The translations under genes were made by a program, and so were the position numbers. This document shows positions 10,761 to 20,591 of a stretch of DNA of 64,000 bases, piece by piece. Every line of letters starts with the position of its first letter. The stretch's first letter is position 1. This stretch comes from an uncultured Nitrospiraceae bacterium. Lineage in GTDB: Bacteria; Nitrospirota; Thermodesulfovibrionia; Thermodesulfovibrionales; UBA6898. The stretch covers positions 224,001-288,000 of the forward strand of contig CAWEQH010000008.1 of assembly GCA_963811165.1 (NCBI GenBank), read 5' to 3'. The notes beneath the pieces were generated by a model, which saw only the letters and a program-made list of their open reading frames with translations, was not told the origin of the DNA and made no database searches.

Positions 10761-12182
10761 ATGAAAAAGGTTTACCCTAGGGTCATTATCGCCGGTCTGA
10801 AAGGCGGGTCTGGAAAAACCACCTTGTCGCTCGGAGTTATCGCAGCGTGGAGAGAACAAGGATTAAAAATAGCCCCCTTTAAGAAGGGGCCCGACTATAT
10901 CGACGCGGGCTGGCTATCTGCAGCAGCAGGACGTCTTTGTTACAATCTGGACCCTTTTTTGGTCGGAAACGAAAGGGTCCGATCTTCCTTCACAGATCAC
11001 TTCCGGGGCGCTGACTGCGCAGTTATTGAAGGTAACAGGGGGCTGTACGACGGGATGGACTCCGCAGGCACCTTCAGTACGGCCGAACTCTCAAAGGCAC
11101 TTAAATGCCCGGTAGTTCTCATCATCGACTGCACGAAGGCCACGAGGACGGTAGGGGCTATGCTCATTGGCATGCTGAAGTTTGACAGGAAGGTCAAGAT
11201 AAAAGGAGCGGTGCTGAACCAGATTGCCGGATCCAGGCATGAAAAGATCATCAGGGAAGTCATCGGGAATTACTGCGATGTGCCTGTCCTCGGCGCCATC
11301 CCTAAGCTTGGCGATGCCTTGTTCTCGGAGAGACATATGGGCCTTACCCCGTTTCAGGAACATCCGGACGTGGAAAAGGCGATTTCCCTCGCCGCTGAGG
11401 TCGCCAGGAAATATGTAGACCTCGAGAGCCTGAAGGAGATAGCGCAGAGCGCTGCGGGTGCGGTGTCTCAGGCTTCTCCGGGTGTTTCTCCTCCGACTGC
11501 TTCTCAAGAAGGGCCGGTCATAGGGGTGATAAGGGATTCGGCTTTCCAGTTCTACTATCCCGAAAATTTTGAGGAGCTCGAGAGGATGGGCGCAAGACTC
11601 ATAGAGGTTAGCGCCCTCACAGAGAAGCGACTTCCGGAAGTCGACGCCCTCTATATCGGAGGAGGGTTCCCGGAGACGCATTCAATCGCGCTTGCCGAAA
11701 ATGTTTCATTCCGCAGGTCACTCTTTAAGGCGGTTGAAGAAGGGCTCCCGGTGTACGCGGAATGCGGGGGGCTCATGTACCTGGGCAAATCGCTGCTGCT
11801 CGATAAGAAGAGATATCCGATGGTCGGCGTATTTCCGATAACATTCAGTCTCGAAAGAAAGCCTCAGGCACACGGCTATACCGTTGTTGAGGTTTCCGGC
11901 GAGAACCCTTTTTATCCGAGGGGAACCGTACTGAAAGGCCATGAATTTCACTATTCAAGGGTCATAGAGTTCGGGAAAAGGGATGGGGTGACTTTTTCGT
12001 TTATGATGAAGAGGGGGCAGGGGATAAGGCAGAAGTCGGATGGTGTGTGTTACAGAAATGTTTTGGCCACCTATACTCATTTGCATGCGTACGGAGCACC
12101 TCAATGGGCTGAAGGGCTCGTCCGAAAAGCGGCAGTATACAAAAAAGGAAAGGGGCCCGGGTGTCACAAAGGGAAAAGATAA
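10761..12182 (+). CDS. dsrN: Siroheme amidase DsrN (cobyrinate a,c-diamide synthase family)
   Basis: GGSGKTT, FKKGPDYID, IEGNRGLYDG, ERHMGL, YAECGG and GHEFHYS motifs; located in the dsr cluster. Confidence 0.85.
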   Translation: MKKVYPRVIIAGLKGGSGKTTLSLGVIAAWREQGLKIAPFKKGPDYIDAGWLSAAAGRLCYNLDPFLVGNERVRSSFTDHFRGADCAVIEGNRGLYDGMDSAGTFSTAELSKALKCPVVLIIDCTKATRTVGAMLIGMLKFDRKVKIKGAVLNQIAGSRHEKIIREVIGNYCDVPVLGAIPKLGDALFSERHMGLTPFQEHPDVEKAISLAAEVARKYVDLESLKEIAQSAAGAVSQASPGVSPPTASQEGPVIGVIRDSAFQFYYPENFEELERMGARLIEVSALTEKRLPEVDALYIGGGFPETHSIALAENVSFRRSLFKAVEEGLPVYAECGGLMYLGKSLLLDKKRYPMVGVFPITFSLERKPQAHGYTVVEVSGENPFYPRGTVLKGHEFHYSRVIEFGKRDGVTFSFMMKRGQGIRQKSDGVCYRNVLATYTHLHAYGAPQWAEGLVRKAAVYKKGKGPGCHKGKR

Positions 12183-12811
12183 TAAAGCTGATCGAAGAAC
12201 GTGATTTCGCAGGACTTCTCTTGTTTGCAGAGAAAGACCGCAGCATCTTCAGGACCCTCATCTCCCTTTCGTACGATAAGGGGTCGGTTATTTCCTGGAG
12301 GGCGATAGAAGCTATCGGCAAAATAGCAGGACAAAAGGCGCGGACGGAACCCGTACTCATCAGGCACCTTGTGCAGAGAATACTCTGGATGATGCGCGAG
12401 GAGTCGGGGAACAATCCCTGGAGTGCCCCTGAAATGCTCGGCGAGATAGTGAGAAACGCTCCGGAAGATTTTTCGGACATCATACCGATCATTGCCTCTT
12501 TCCATGATGAGGAAATGCTCAGGAGAGGCGTTTTGAGGGCATTGGTAAGGATAAGCGAAGTGAGGGCTGATCTTATGGGGGGGGCTTCTTCACTTGCGGG
12601 GCTCTATCTGGGTCATAGTGATGCCGCTACAAGGGCCTATGCGTTGAAACTCGCGGGTAATGCAGGGCTGAAGGATCTACTTGCGTCCGCGGAGGCGCTT
12701 AAGGAAGACCCCGCGGTCGTCTGTCTTTATTCTGACGGGGATTTTGAAAGTATTGCTCTGAGAAAAATTTCGGAAGAAACTGTTATACTATTAAGTCCGA
12801 AAGGGAAATAG
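12161..12811 (+). CDS. HEAT/ARM-repeat protein (DVU0298-like family)
   Basis: WRAIEAIG, LWMMREESGNNPWSAPEMLGEI; helical repeats; start overlaps dsrN. Confidence 0.65.
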   Translation: MSQREKIIKLIEERDFAGLLLFAEKDRSIFRTLISLSYDKGSVISWRAIEAIGKIAGQKARTEPVLIRHLVQRILWMMREESGNNPWSAPEMLGEIVRNAPEDFSDIIPIIASFHDEEMLRRGVLRALVRISEVRADLMGGASSLAGLYLGHSDAATRAYALKLAGNAGLKDLLASAEALKEDPAVVCLYSDGDFESIALRKISEETVILLSPKGK

Positions 12812-13168
12812 ATGGTAGGAATCGCCAACGAGTCATTATTGAATTGTCCGTTTTGCAGCCGTCCCTTGGATCCCCCAGCCGAAATCAAGAGCCGGTTCGG
12901 GAGTTCCTTTGAGGGCGGAAAGTGCAGATGCGGGGCGGTCTATGTGTATGACAGTACCGGGCATAATCTCGGAGATGCCTACATAGATGCTCTTGGATTG
13001 GCGTGCGGAGACGACATGGAGATGGCCTGGAGTCTCACTCCCGATGAGGACTACACGGTCCTGGAATTCGGCTTTGACCGCAGACGTAACAAGCTGGGGG
13101 GAGAGCCGAAGCGCAGGAATAATTCGCCTGTTTTTATATTTCTTCAACTCAACAAACCCGGTGCGTAA
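12812..13168 (+). CDS. Hypothetical zinc-ribbon-like protein
   Basis: CPFC...CRCGAVYVYDSTGHNLG; starts immediately after the previous stop. Confidence 0.65.
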   Translation: MVGIANESLLNCPFCSRPLDPPAEIKSRFGSSFEGGKCRCGAVYVYDSTGHNLGDAYIDALGLACGDDMEMAWSLTPDEDYTVLEFGFDRRRNKLGGEPKRRNNSPVFIFLQLNKPGA

Positions 13169-13270
13169 TCATCTGCCATCATGACAATAATCCAGTCTCG
13201 TTGCCGGCGGGTTATTGAAAAAACTGTGGATTTTATAGAAATAAACAAAGGTGATTGCTTGATAAGTTTT

Positions 13271-13306
13271 TTTTATTTGACCAAAGACGGGTATCTGTAT
13301 TACTTT
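13271..13306 (+). promoter_or_regulatory. Putative sigma70-type promoter of dsrC
   Basis: TTGACC (13277-13282)-18 bp-TACTTT (13301-13306); same architecture as the dsrA upstream element. Confidence 0.55.
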
Positions 13307-13457
13307 TTATAGCTCGGTCTGGTAATTGTGAGAATCGAAATTTCTGATATTCCGGATAGCAATGTGCCGTTTTCAGAGTGTGTTCTGTTTCGAATTGTTG
13401 GGAGTTGTATCCCTTCAAAATTTGGAAACCTATTTATGAAGAAAGGGGGAAGAAAAA

Positions 13458-13793
13458 ATGCCGACAATGGACTTTCAGGGAAAACAGGTTGAGGTTGACG
13501 ATGATGGTTATCTCTTAAACCTCGACGACTGGACCAAAGAGCTGGCCGAAGAACTGGCCAAGGGAGATGGAGTCACCCTCACCGATGCTCATTGGGAAGT
13601 CATCAACTTCTTAAGAGACTACTACAAGCAGTATCAGATCGCTCCTATGATCAAGATTCTTGTCAAAGAGATCGGAAAGGCTATGGGGCCTGAAAAAGGC
13701 AATACGAAATACCTTTACGAGCTTTATCCGGGCGGACCTGCAAAACAGGCATGTAGGTATGCTGGCCTTCCGAAACCTACTGGCTGCGTATAG
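13458..13793 (+). CDS. dsrC: Sulfur-carrier protein DsrC
   Basis: VDDDGYL, LTDAHWEVI; C-terminal ACRYAGLPKPTGCV carries both conserved cysteines (Cx10C). Confidence 0.95.
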   Translation: MPTMDFQGKQVEVDDDGYLLNLDDWTKELAEELAKGDGVTLTDAHWEVINFLRDYYKQYQIAPMIKILVKEIGKAMGPEKGNTKYLYELYPGGPAKQACRYAGLPKPTGCV

Positions 13794-13818
13794 TTTTCTT
13801 GTGTAAGCAGTATGTGAT

Positions 13819-13852
13819 GCGGCGCTCCATCGTTAACCCGGTGGAGTGCCGT
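13819..13852 (+). terminator. 14-bp hairpin after dsrC
   Basis: GCGGCGCTCCATCG / CGGTGGAGTGCCGT with G-U pairs on the + strand, followed by TCTCTC. Confidence 0.5.
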
Positions 13853-14023
13853 TCTCTCACTCGGCATGCCTCCGAGAGGGGGCAAAAGCGGGGAGGAACT
13901 TTCTGTCTCAAATGATAACGATGGAAGAGAAGCTACGACACTCGACAATTGACAAGACACCTGGAAGCGCTTTTACAAGGGATGCGATAGTTTTGAAATC
14001 CTCAGGAGCGGCGTTCACATCGT

Positions 14024-14593
14024 ATGACACTTGAGAAGTTCCTCTCTGAAAAAAGAGCCGATGTCCTTAAGAAGTGGTTCGATCTTGTACTGGAAACGTA
14101 TCCGTCTGATACTTCAACTTTCCTGAGAAACCAAAAGAATCCCTTTGCCAATCCTGTTGGGCATGCCATTTATCAAGGGATAGAAAAAATCCTTGATGAG
14201 CTGATTAGCCCGACTTCCGGAGAATTTGTCGAATTTCTGGACAACATTATCAGGGTCAGGGCGGTCCAGGATTTCTCACCCTCTCAGGCGATTTCCTTTA
14301 TCTTCTCCCTGAAGAAGGTGATAAGGGAGGAGCTTGGACAGAGTTTTCAGGGAAACCTCCCTTATGAGGAGGTTCTTTCGCTTGAGTCCAGAATCGATGC
14401 CCTGGCGCTTGCCTCGTTCGACCTCTTTATGAAGTGTCGTGAGAAGCTTTACGATATTAAGGCCAATGAACTGAGAAATATGACCTTCAGGTTATTGCAG
14501 AAAGTTAACGATATTGGTGAGGGCGAGGACAAAAAAAACGGTCTCACTGAAAGCAATGATGATAACGCAAAAGAAAAAGAGGTAACTCAATGA
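14024..14593 (+). CDS. dsrT: DsrT (RsbRD N-terminal domain protein)
   Basis: PFANPVG, IIRVRAVQDFSPSQA and FDLFMKCREKLY motifs; immediately upstream of dsrM. Confidence 0.9.
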   Translation: MTLEKFLSEKRADVLKKWFDLVLETYPSDTSTFLRNQKNPFANPVGHAIYQGIEKILDELISPTSGEFVEFLDNIIRVRAVQDFSPSQAISFIFSLKKVIREELGQSFQGNLPYEEVLSLESRIDALALASFDLFMKCREKLYDIKANELRNMTFRLLQKVNDIGEGEDKKNGLTESNDDNAKEKEVTQ

Positions 14594-15582
14594 AAATCTT
14601 GCTACCCTTATTTACCGTCATAGCGCTTGTCGTGATCGCATTTGTGGGGGTGCAGGCGAACCTCCAGCCCGTGTTCGGGATTGTTATTCCGTATGTTGCC
14701 GTCACGATATTCATCGTAGGATTTGTGATTCGCGTGTTTAAGTGGGGGAGTTCGCCGGTACCGTTTCGCATACCGACGACCGCAGGGCAGATGAAGTCGT
14801 TTGCGCCGTGGATCAAACAGAACAAGCTCGACAACCCGTCGAGTCGTCTCGGGGTATTCGGAAGGATGATCCTCGAGGTGTTCTTCTTCCGCTCTCTTTT
14901 CAGGAACACCAAGACACAGCTTTATCCAGGCACTAAGCTCGCTTATGGCTCGGAGAAGTTCCTTTGGCTCGCGGGGCTTGCGTTCCACTGGTCGTTTCTT
15001 ATTATTTTTGTAAGACATTTTAGGTTCTTTATGCAGGATGTGCCCTATGTCATAAAGACGATAGAGGGGCTGGATAGTTTTCTGCAAATTGGCGCCCCAC
15101 TGCTCTATATGACCGACGTTGTTTTAGTGGGGGCAGTGACGTTTCTGTTTTTAAGAAGGGTCTTAATGCCCCAGATAAAATATATCTCTCTCCCTGCCGA
15201 TTATTTTCCGCTGTTTCTCATACTCGGTATCGCCATTTCAGGCATTATGATGCGGTATTTCACGAAGGTGCCTGTCGTAAGCGTGAAGGAGCTTGTTATG
15301 GGGCTGCTCTCGTTCAAACCGGTTATTCCCGAGGGTATCGGATCTGTTTTCTACATACACCTTTTCCTGGTCAGTGCTCTGCTGGCCTATTTCCCGGCGA
15401 GCAAGCTCATGCACATGGGCGGTGTTTTCCTCAGCCCTACGAGGAATATGGCAAACAACAGCAGGGAGGTCAGGCACATCAACCCGTGGAACCATCCGGT
15501 ACATGTGCATACCTACGAAGAGTATGAAAACGACTTCAGAGAAAAAATGAAAAAGGCCGGTCTGCCGGTCGAGAAGGAGTGA
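14590..15582 (+). CDS. dsrM: DsrM, diheme cytochrome b membrane subunit
   Basis: SPVPFRIPTT, FFRSLFRN, FHWSF...RH, YIHLFL and SKLMH...SPTRN motifs. Confidence 0.95.
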   Translation: MKILLPLFTVIALVVIAFVGVQANLQPVFGIVIPYVAVTIFIVGFVIRVFKWGSSPVPFRIPTTAGQMKSFAPWIKQNKLDNPSSRLGVFGRMILEVFFFRSLFRNTKTQLYPGTKLAYGSEKFLWLAGLAFHWSFLIIFVRHFRFFMQDVPYVIKTIEGLDSFLQIGAPLLYMTDVVLVGAVTFLFLRRVLMPQIKYISLPADYFPLFLILGIAISGIMMRYFTKVPVVSVKELVMGLLSFKPVIPEGIGSVFYIHLFLVSALLAYFPASKLMHMGGVFLSPTRNMANNSREVRHINPWNHPVHVHTYEEYENDFREKMKKAGLPVEKE

Positions 15583-15584
15583 AC

Positions 15585-17206
15585 ATGGCGACTAAAGTAA
15601 CTACTCCAAAACCCGATGAACTGGCAACTTCTATAGATTTTACCCCGCCCAAGACCGAGTGGATGGATACCCCTACGGTAATAAAACCAGGGACATTCTG
15701 CTGGGGCGCAAAGGGAAAGAACCTCGATATCGTGGAGTTCCCCAACGCAAGGGACTGGAACCCGTCAGATGAGGACTGGAAGCTCCCGGAGAACTGGCAG
15801 GAGATATTTTTAAAAGGGATGCAGGACCTCCTTAGTAAATACCGCTCCTTCAAGGTCTTTATGGACATATGCGTCAGGTGCGGCGCGTGCGCCGACAAGT
15901 GCCACTTCTTCATAGGCTCGGGGGACCCAAAAAACATGCCCGTGGGGAGGGCTGAACTCCTGAGGTCGGTCTACAGGAAATATTTCACGACATCCGGAAA
16001 GATCCTCGGAAAGACCGCGGGGGCCAGGGAGTTGACCATCGATGTACTGAAAGAGCTTTGGTACTATGCGTACCAGTGCACCGAGTGCCGCCGCTGTTCG
16101 CTCTTCTGTCCTTACGGGATTGATACCGCTGAGATAACGATAATGTGCAGGGAGCTTTTGAATCTGCTAGGATTAAACATTGACTGGATATCAGGTCCCG
16201 TGGCCAATTGCTATATGAAGGGCAATCACCTGGGCCTCGAACCCCACGCCATCATGAACAGCATCGAGGGCATGATCGACGACATAGAGACCGTCACCGG
16301 TGTCAGGGTGAACCCCTCTTTCAACAGGAAGGGCGCGGAGATACTCTTTGTCACTCCATCAGGCGATCTCTTTGCCGATCCCGGCACCTTCACATGCATG
16401 GGCTACCTCGCATGCTTTTTCACGAACTTGGTCTTGACTACACGTGGTCTACATATGCATCTGAAGGCGGCAATTTCGGCTTCTTCACGTCCAATGAAAT
16501 GGCTAAAAGGCTCAACTCAAAAATATATGCCGAGGCCAAACGGCTAGGAGTGAAATATATCATCGGCGGGGAGTGCGGCCATATGTGGCGTGTCCTTCAT
16601 CAATATATGGATACCTGGAATGGCCCGACTGATTTCATGGAGGTGCCGGTTTCCCCTATAACCGGGACGAAGTTCGAAAATGCAAGGTCAACGAAGATGA
16701 TCCATATTGCGGAGTTCACGGCAGACCTTATCAAACACGGCAAACTGAAACTCGACCCGTCGCAGGAATGACGACCTGTCGTGACCTACCATGATTCCTG
16801 CAATACCGCAAGGGGCATGGGGCTTCTCGAAGAGCCGCGCTACATTATCAAAAATGTCTGCAACAATTTCCATGAGATGCCGGAGAATACCATCAGGGAG
16901 CAGACGTTCTGCTGCGGCAGCGGTACGGGCCTCAACGCGAGTGAAAATATGGAACTGAGGATGAGGGGCGGATTCCCGAGGGCCAATGCGGTGAAGTATG
17001 TCCAGGACAAGCATGGCGTCAATATGCTTTCGAATATCTGTGCAATAGACAGGGCCACTCTTTCAGCCTCCATGGATTACTGGGTCCCGGGTGTCAGGGT
17101 AACAGGGGTACACGAAATGGTAGCCAATGCCCTGATCATGAAAGGCGAAAAGGAGAGGGAGACCAATCTACGCGGTGACCCCCTGCCGGGAAAGGAGGGC
17201 AACTGA
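15585..17206 (+). CDS. dsrK: DsrK, HdrD-like Fe-S catalytic subunit (frameshift ~16410; compensating pair ~16763/16777)
   Basis: CVRCGACADKC, CTECRRCSLFCP, GECGH, TYHDSCN, FCCGSG and CAID (CCG domain) motifs. Confidence 0.92.
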
Positions 17207-17207
17207 G

Positions 17208-17623
17208 ATGAAGAACTCAGTGGAAGATAGTCATCGGGGTGGTGATTGCCTTCGTGGCAATTTTCGCTTTCCCCTTTTACTATAACCTCGGCAAGGCCAA
17301 TGCGAAACCCGAGTTGAAATTCGACACACCGGTGATCCTCCAATGGGAAAAAGAGCATGGCAAGAAAGAATGCGTTGAATCGAAGGCATTTATGGGGGCG
17401 GAACATATGCAGCTGCCTAAACCAATGGAGGGATTCAGTCGTCCGAAACGGTGACCGCATCTATGTGAATTCCGAAGGCAAGGAATTTACCATGAGTCTT
17501 CAGAATGGATGCCTAAATTGCCATTCGAACAAGAAGGACTTCTGTGACAAATGCCATAATTATATGGGGGTAAAACCATATTGCTTCAGTTGCCATATCG
17601 CACCGAAGGAGAAAGAGTCATGA
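17208..17623 (+). CDS. dsrJ: DsrJ, triheme cytochrome c (frameshifts ~17220, 17416)
   Basis: N-terminal TM helix, FPFYYN, CVE..EHM, WRDSVVR, and CLNCH/CDKCH/CFSCH. Confidence 0.9.
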
Positions 17624-18417
17624 GCATAAATAGAAGACAATTTTTAAAACTGGCTGGAGTTTCAACAGTGTTGGGGATCGGTGGTCCCGCTGTCTTTAAC
17701 GGCATGGGAGGCAAGATACTGGAGGCGACACAGACGCGTCCTGACCCCAGGTCGCTGACGGCCAAACGGATGGGGTTTTGTCGTCGACGTGAGCAAGTTA
17801 AAGGCGCCCGAAGATTATCAAAAGTGTATTGACGCATGCCACAGCATCCACAACGTACCTGACGTTTCGGCAATCCCAAAGACGAGGTGAAGTGGATCTG
17901 GAAGGACAACTATGAGCGTACGTTCCCGACTTCTACGGAAGACGAATATATGAACAAGGAGATAAAGGAGAAGAATTTCCTCCTTTTCTGCAACCATTGT
18001 GAACAGCCTGCGTGCGTCAGGGTGTGTCCTACAAAGGCCACTTATAAGCGCAAAGACGGAGTAGTGATGCAGGATATGCACCGGTGTATAGGTTGCAGGT
18101 TCTGTATGGCGGCCTGTCCTTTCGGGGCGAGGAGTTTCAACTACCGTGATCCGAGACCTTTCATCAAGAAAGAGAACCCGAAGTTCCCCACGCGAATGAT
18201 AGGTGTGGTCGAGAAATGCACCATGTGTTATGAACGGTTGGCGATCGGGCAGATGCCGGCATGCGTCGAGGCATCCAACGGGGCGATCGTGTTTGGTGAT
18301 CTTTCTGATCCGAATTCCGAGGTGAGGAAGATAATAGAGTCGAAGTATACTATCAGACGAAAGCCCGAGTTAGGAACACAGCCAAGTATTTACTACGTAA
18401 TAGGAGGTAGGGAATAA
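17620..18417 (+). CDS. dsrO: DsrO, Tat-exported 4Fe-4S protein (frameshifts ~17770, ~17864-17868)
   Basis: NRRQFLK Tat motif, CIDACH, CNHCEQPACVRVCP, CIGCRFCMAACP and EKCTMC. Confidence 0.9.
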
Positions 18418-19583
18418 TGCTTGAAAAAGCTCTTGTTGGCAGTAAACGATATTGGCTGTGGATAGGCGCGTTACTCGTCGTAATTGGAGTCGGCGTTCTC
18501 CAGTATCTCAGGCAGTTCAGCTACGGCTTGGGTATCACCGGACATGAGCCGGGACGTATCATGGGGACTCTATATCGGCCAGTTTACCTTCCTGGTCGGT
18601 GTTGCCGCCTCTGCCGTGATGCTCGTTATTCCTTACTATCTGCATGATTTCAAGAAGTTCGGCAAGATAGTGATAATGGGTGAGTTCCTCGCGGTCTCGG
18701 CCGTGATCATGTGCGTCCTCTTTATCTTTGTCGACATGGGGCAGCCGATGAGGATAACGAACGTTATTCTTCATCCTACCCCAAACTCAGTCATGTTCTG
18801 GGACAGCGTTGTATTAATGGGCTATCTGGTCCTTAATATCGTTATCGGGTGGACAACACTCGGCGCAGACCGTAAAGGGGTAAAGCCCCGCCGCAGTGGG
18901 TGAAGCCGCTTATCTATCTGTCGGTCCCCTGGGCGGTCAGTATCCATACCGTGACAGCCTTCCTGTATGCCGGCATACCCGGCAGACATTTCTGGCTGAC
19001 GGCCGTGATGGCTGCCCGGTTTCTTGCATCTGCCTTTGCCGGAGGTCCGGCTTTCCTAATTATTCTGGCCCTTCTTGTGAGGAAAATGACCAAATTTGAC
19101 CCGGGTTATGAGCCGATCCAGGCACTCGGCAAGATCGTAACGTATGCCATGTTCGCCAACGTTTTTCTCCTGGGGATTGAGTTCTTTACCGCCTTCTATA
19201 GCAATATACCCGGCCACATAAGTCCTTTCAAATACCTCTATGCCGGCATCGAAGGCCATGATAAACTCGTTCCGATCATGTGGACTTCCAGTATCCTTGC
19301 GGTGGTGGCACTGTTTCTTCTGGTCTTCCCCGGATTCCGCAAAAACGAAAACCTGCTTGCCGTTGCCTGCGCGTCGCTTTTCATCTCTCTTTGGATAGAT
19401 AAGGGGTTTGGGTTGGTCATCGGCGGGTTTGTGCCCAACATGTTTGAGGGCATCACAGAATATTGGCCGACCGCGCCTGAGGCGATGATAACGCTTGGTG
19501 TTTGGGCTATCGGATTCCTGGTACTGACCGTACTCTATAAGGTTGCTGTATCTGTCAGGGAAGAAGGCGGATATCACGAATAA
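18417..19583 (+). CDS. dsrP: DsrP, NrfD/PsrC-family membrane protein (frameshifts ~18543, ~18888)
   Basis: [40 protein letters not shown] and ARFLASAF motifs. Confidence 0.9.
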
Positions 19584-19662
19584 TTACTGGATTTTATAAA
19601 GAAAGTTATTTATAATTAAGAAAACCAAGATTCTGGTTAATGACTTAAAGGAGGATAGTATA

Positions 19663-19848
19663 ATGTATCTTGTTTCTGTGGACGCATCAAAGTGCGAGGG
19701 TTGTGAAGAGTGTGTGAATAACTGTCCTGTTAGCGTGTTTGTAATGAAGGACGGGAAGGCGTTTGCCGAACAGCCTGATCTCTGCGAAGGCTGTCAGACC
19801 TGTACCAGTGTCTGCTCATCCGGCGCGGTCACCTTGACTGAAATGTAA
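19663..19848 (+). CDS. 2x[4Fe-4S] ferredoxin
   Basis: CEGCEECVNNCP and CEGCQTCTSVC; strong RBS. Confidence 0.92.
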   Translation: MYLVSVDASKCEGCEECVNNCPVSVFVMKDGKAFAEQPDLCEGCQTCTSVCSSGAVTLTEM

Positions 19849-19870
19849 GTAAAGAATCTCTGTTTTTTTG

Positions 19871-19902
19871 AAGGGCGATGGAACTTCCGTCGCCCTTTTT
19901 TT
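19871..19902 (+). terminator. Intrinsic terminator closing the dsrTMKJOP-ferredoxin unit
   Basis: AAGGGCGATGGA-ACT-TCCGTCGCCCTT stem followed by a T tract. Confidence 0.85.
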
Positions 19903-19910
19903 CTGCTCCG

Positions 19911-19953
19911 TATGATGTAAGTCATATCCCTGCCCGGAGTTTTGTACTAGACT
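19911..19953 (+). promoter_or_regulatory. CRP/FNR-family box with class II-like -10, upstream of CBS-HPP
   Basis: TATGATGTAAGTCATA (19911-19926), then 21 bp, then TAGACT (19948-19953). Confidence 0.6.
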
Positions 19954-20006
19954 GAAGCATATTGGTTTTGGCCATGCAGCGTTCACCAACAGTGAGAATT
20001 TGAGCT

Positions 20007-20591
20007 ATGGACGATAGGACAGAGGGGTCAGAGATTTCTGCGGAGGATCTGAGGGCGGCCCTCGGCGATATGAAGACGTATGTCGATGTGACCGAAGAAG
20101 ATCTCCTCAATATCTATTCGCTCGCTCTCCGGCATGCAAAGGAGAGACTGGCCCTTCATAGGAAGGTATCGGAAGTAATGACGAGCGAGGCGGTGTCTGT
20201 AAATGAGGATGCCGACGTCGAGGAGGCGATAAGGCTTCTTTCAGGTCATAGAGTAAGCGGGTTGCCCGTTGTAGATAAGGAAAATCGTGTCGTAGGGGTA
20301 ATCACCGAGGCTGATGTTCTTTCTGTCATGGGTATGAAAAGGGGGCATACTTTTAAGGATATCGTGGGGCGCCTGTTGGGTGAGCCGGTGCCTGGGAACA
20401 AGGCCGGGAACACGGTCCGACAAGTTATGTCATCCCCTCCAATATCGACGACACCCGACGCACTCATACTGGAGGTCGCGGGAATATTGGAAGAACGAAG
20501 GATCAAGAGACTTCCCGTGGTAGATGAAAGGGGCGTGCTGGTCGGCATTGTCTCAAGGGCCGATATCGTAAGGACGGTTGCCAAAAAATGA
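20007..20591 (+). CDS. CBS-domain pair protein
   Basis: VSGLPVVD..VVGVITEAD and IKRLPVVD..LVGIVSRAD motifs. Confidence 0.9.
   Translation: MDDRTEGSEISAEDLRAALGDMKTYVDVTEEDLLNIYSLALRHAKERLALHRKVSEVMTSEAVSVNEDADVEEAIRLLSGHRVSGLPVVDKENRVVGVITEADVLSVMGMKRGHTFKDIVGRLLGEPVPGNKAGNTVRQVMSSPPISTTPDALILEVAGILEERRIKRLPVVDERGVLVGIVSRADIVRTVAKK

Noticed and set aside
7886..19583. dsr genes as true pseudogenes or programmed frameshifts
   Set aside because: Catalytic motifs are intact after minimal repair, the shift sites lack slippery heptamers, and the insertions resemble dual synonymous alleles, so an assembly artefact is more parsimonious.
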